Shown piece by piece: positions 63,304 to 64,000 of a stretch of DNA of 64,000 nucleotides. A model generated the notes under the pieces. The model searched no databases. It saw only the letters and a program-made list of their open reading frames with translations, and was not told where the DNA came from. The position numbers and the translations under genes are program-made. Source of the DNA: a virus; the IMG/VR virus record IMGVR_UViG_3300033156_000150, positions 1-64,000 of that record; one strand, written 5' to 3'. Each line of letters opens with the position of its first letter. Positions within the stretch are counted from its first letter, which is position 1.

Positions 63304-64000
63304 TGCGTGCAACCGTCATGGATACCAATCTCAGGCGTGTTGTCATTGGAGCAATCACAAGCTCTAGCGTGTGTGCGTTGTTGTCCCAGCAATGGTCGCA
63401 ATTTGGACTGTTCGATACGGCTTGGGCCAACGTCATTGTTGGGTGGTGTGTTGAGTTCTGGCGTCGCTACGGACAAGCGCCTGGTGGAAACTTGGAGGGA
63501 TTGTTTCAGGATTGGTTGGAATCGGCCAACCCAGACGAGGGACTACGTATTGCCGTTGATACGTTTCTTTCCGGGTTGGATGATCAGGAGCTTACAAGGT
63601 GGGACGAGAGCTACTTACTGGACCTCACCAAGCAACACATCGCAAGGACAAAGATCCAAAAAGCAATAGCGGATGCTGAAGCAGCGCTCGACAGGAACGA
63701 CATTGATCAAGCACGCCGGCATCTGGCTGCCGCTGATGAAATTGGATTGAGCGATGGGAGCTTAGTAAAGCCAGGGGAGTCGTTCAAATGCTGGCGCGAA
63801 GCATTTGACGTGTCCATGGACCGGCAGTTGGTTCGTTACCCAGGTCCATTGGACAAGTTCCTGGGAGACGCCATGGTGAAGGGAGCGTTCGTGTCCTTCA
63901 TGGGGCCGGACAAGATAGGCAAGTCGTATGTGCTGTTGGATTTGGCATACAGGGCTGTCCGCAATGGGTGCCGCGTCGCGTTCTTTGACACTGGAGACAT
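63303..64000 (+). CDS. DnaB-like replicative helicase (3' truncated; not in the ORF track)
   Basis: ATG at 63303 overlaps the previous TGA and is in frame with Walker A FMGPDKIGKS and RVAFFDTGD at the window end. Confidence 0.82.
   Translation, partial: MRATVMDTNLRRVVIGAITSSSVCALLSQQWSQFGLFDTAWANVIVGWCVEFWRRYGQAPGGNLEGLFQDWLESANPDEGLRIAVDTFLSGLDDQELTRWDESYLLDLTKQHIARTKIQKAIADAEAALDRNDIDQARRHLAAADEIGLSDGSLVKPGESFKCWREAFDVSMDRQLVRYPGPLDKFLGDAMVKGAFVSFMGPDKIGKSYVLLDLAYRAVRNGCRVAFFDTGD

Larger units (their letters stand above)
1..64000 (+). mobile_element. Tailed dsDNA bacteriophage (Caudoviricetes, siphovirus-like) genome segment
   Basis: TerL, portal, MuF, HK97-type protease and capsid, tail tube, frameshifting tail chaperones, tape measure, primase and helicase are all co-directional. 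No host housekeeping genes or integrase are visible. Confidence 0.97.

Noticed and set aside
63307-63669. 120-aa ORF in the supplied track
   Set aside because: It is an out-of-frame shadow of the DnaB-like gene that starts at 63303 and runs off the window.
1-64000. Alternative genetic code or stop-codon reassignment
   Set aside because: Conserved genes are full-length under code 11, and TAA, TAG and TGA all serve as stops at tight gene junctions.

Overview
This window is a 64-kb segment of a tailed dsDNA phage (HK97-fold capsid, tail tube, tail chaperones, ~750-aa tape measure). Essentially all credible genes are on the + strand. Order: small early genes behind twin sigma70-type promoters (1-7 kb); ugd, a Dam-type methylase and a divergent TerL; an envelope cassette of membrane proteins, papain- and trypsin-type proteases and a thioredoxin; two toxin-like cassettes; beta-helix and fibre proteins; nucleotide-processing enzymes; portal, MuF, prohead protease and capsid; tail genes; a glycan-building block (48.8-56.3 kb); a tRNA-like RNA; a second early promoter; and replication genes (SNF2 helicase, primase, initiator with internal origin, truncated DnaB-like helicase). 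A Planctomycetota-like host is my unverified inference from gene content. Two candidate undescribed systems stand out. (1) Virion O-glycosylation: four structural-region proteins end in 23-84 aa Ser/Thr/Cys tails, and the phage encodes a KdsB-like cytidylyltransferase, two Maf/GT73-like transferases, further glycosyltransferases, sulfotransferases and methyltransferases. (2) A motif-tagged capsid-cargo effector system: K|YNPY(H/R)DPxTGRFT precedes three unrelated effector domains (ADP-ribosyltransferase, PD-(D/E)xK nuclease, zincin), one fused to MuF and two behind a duplicated 23-aa leader. All family calls come from motifs read by eye; no database searches were run.
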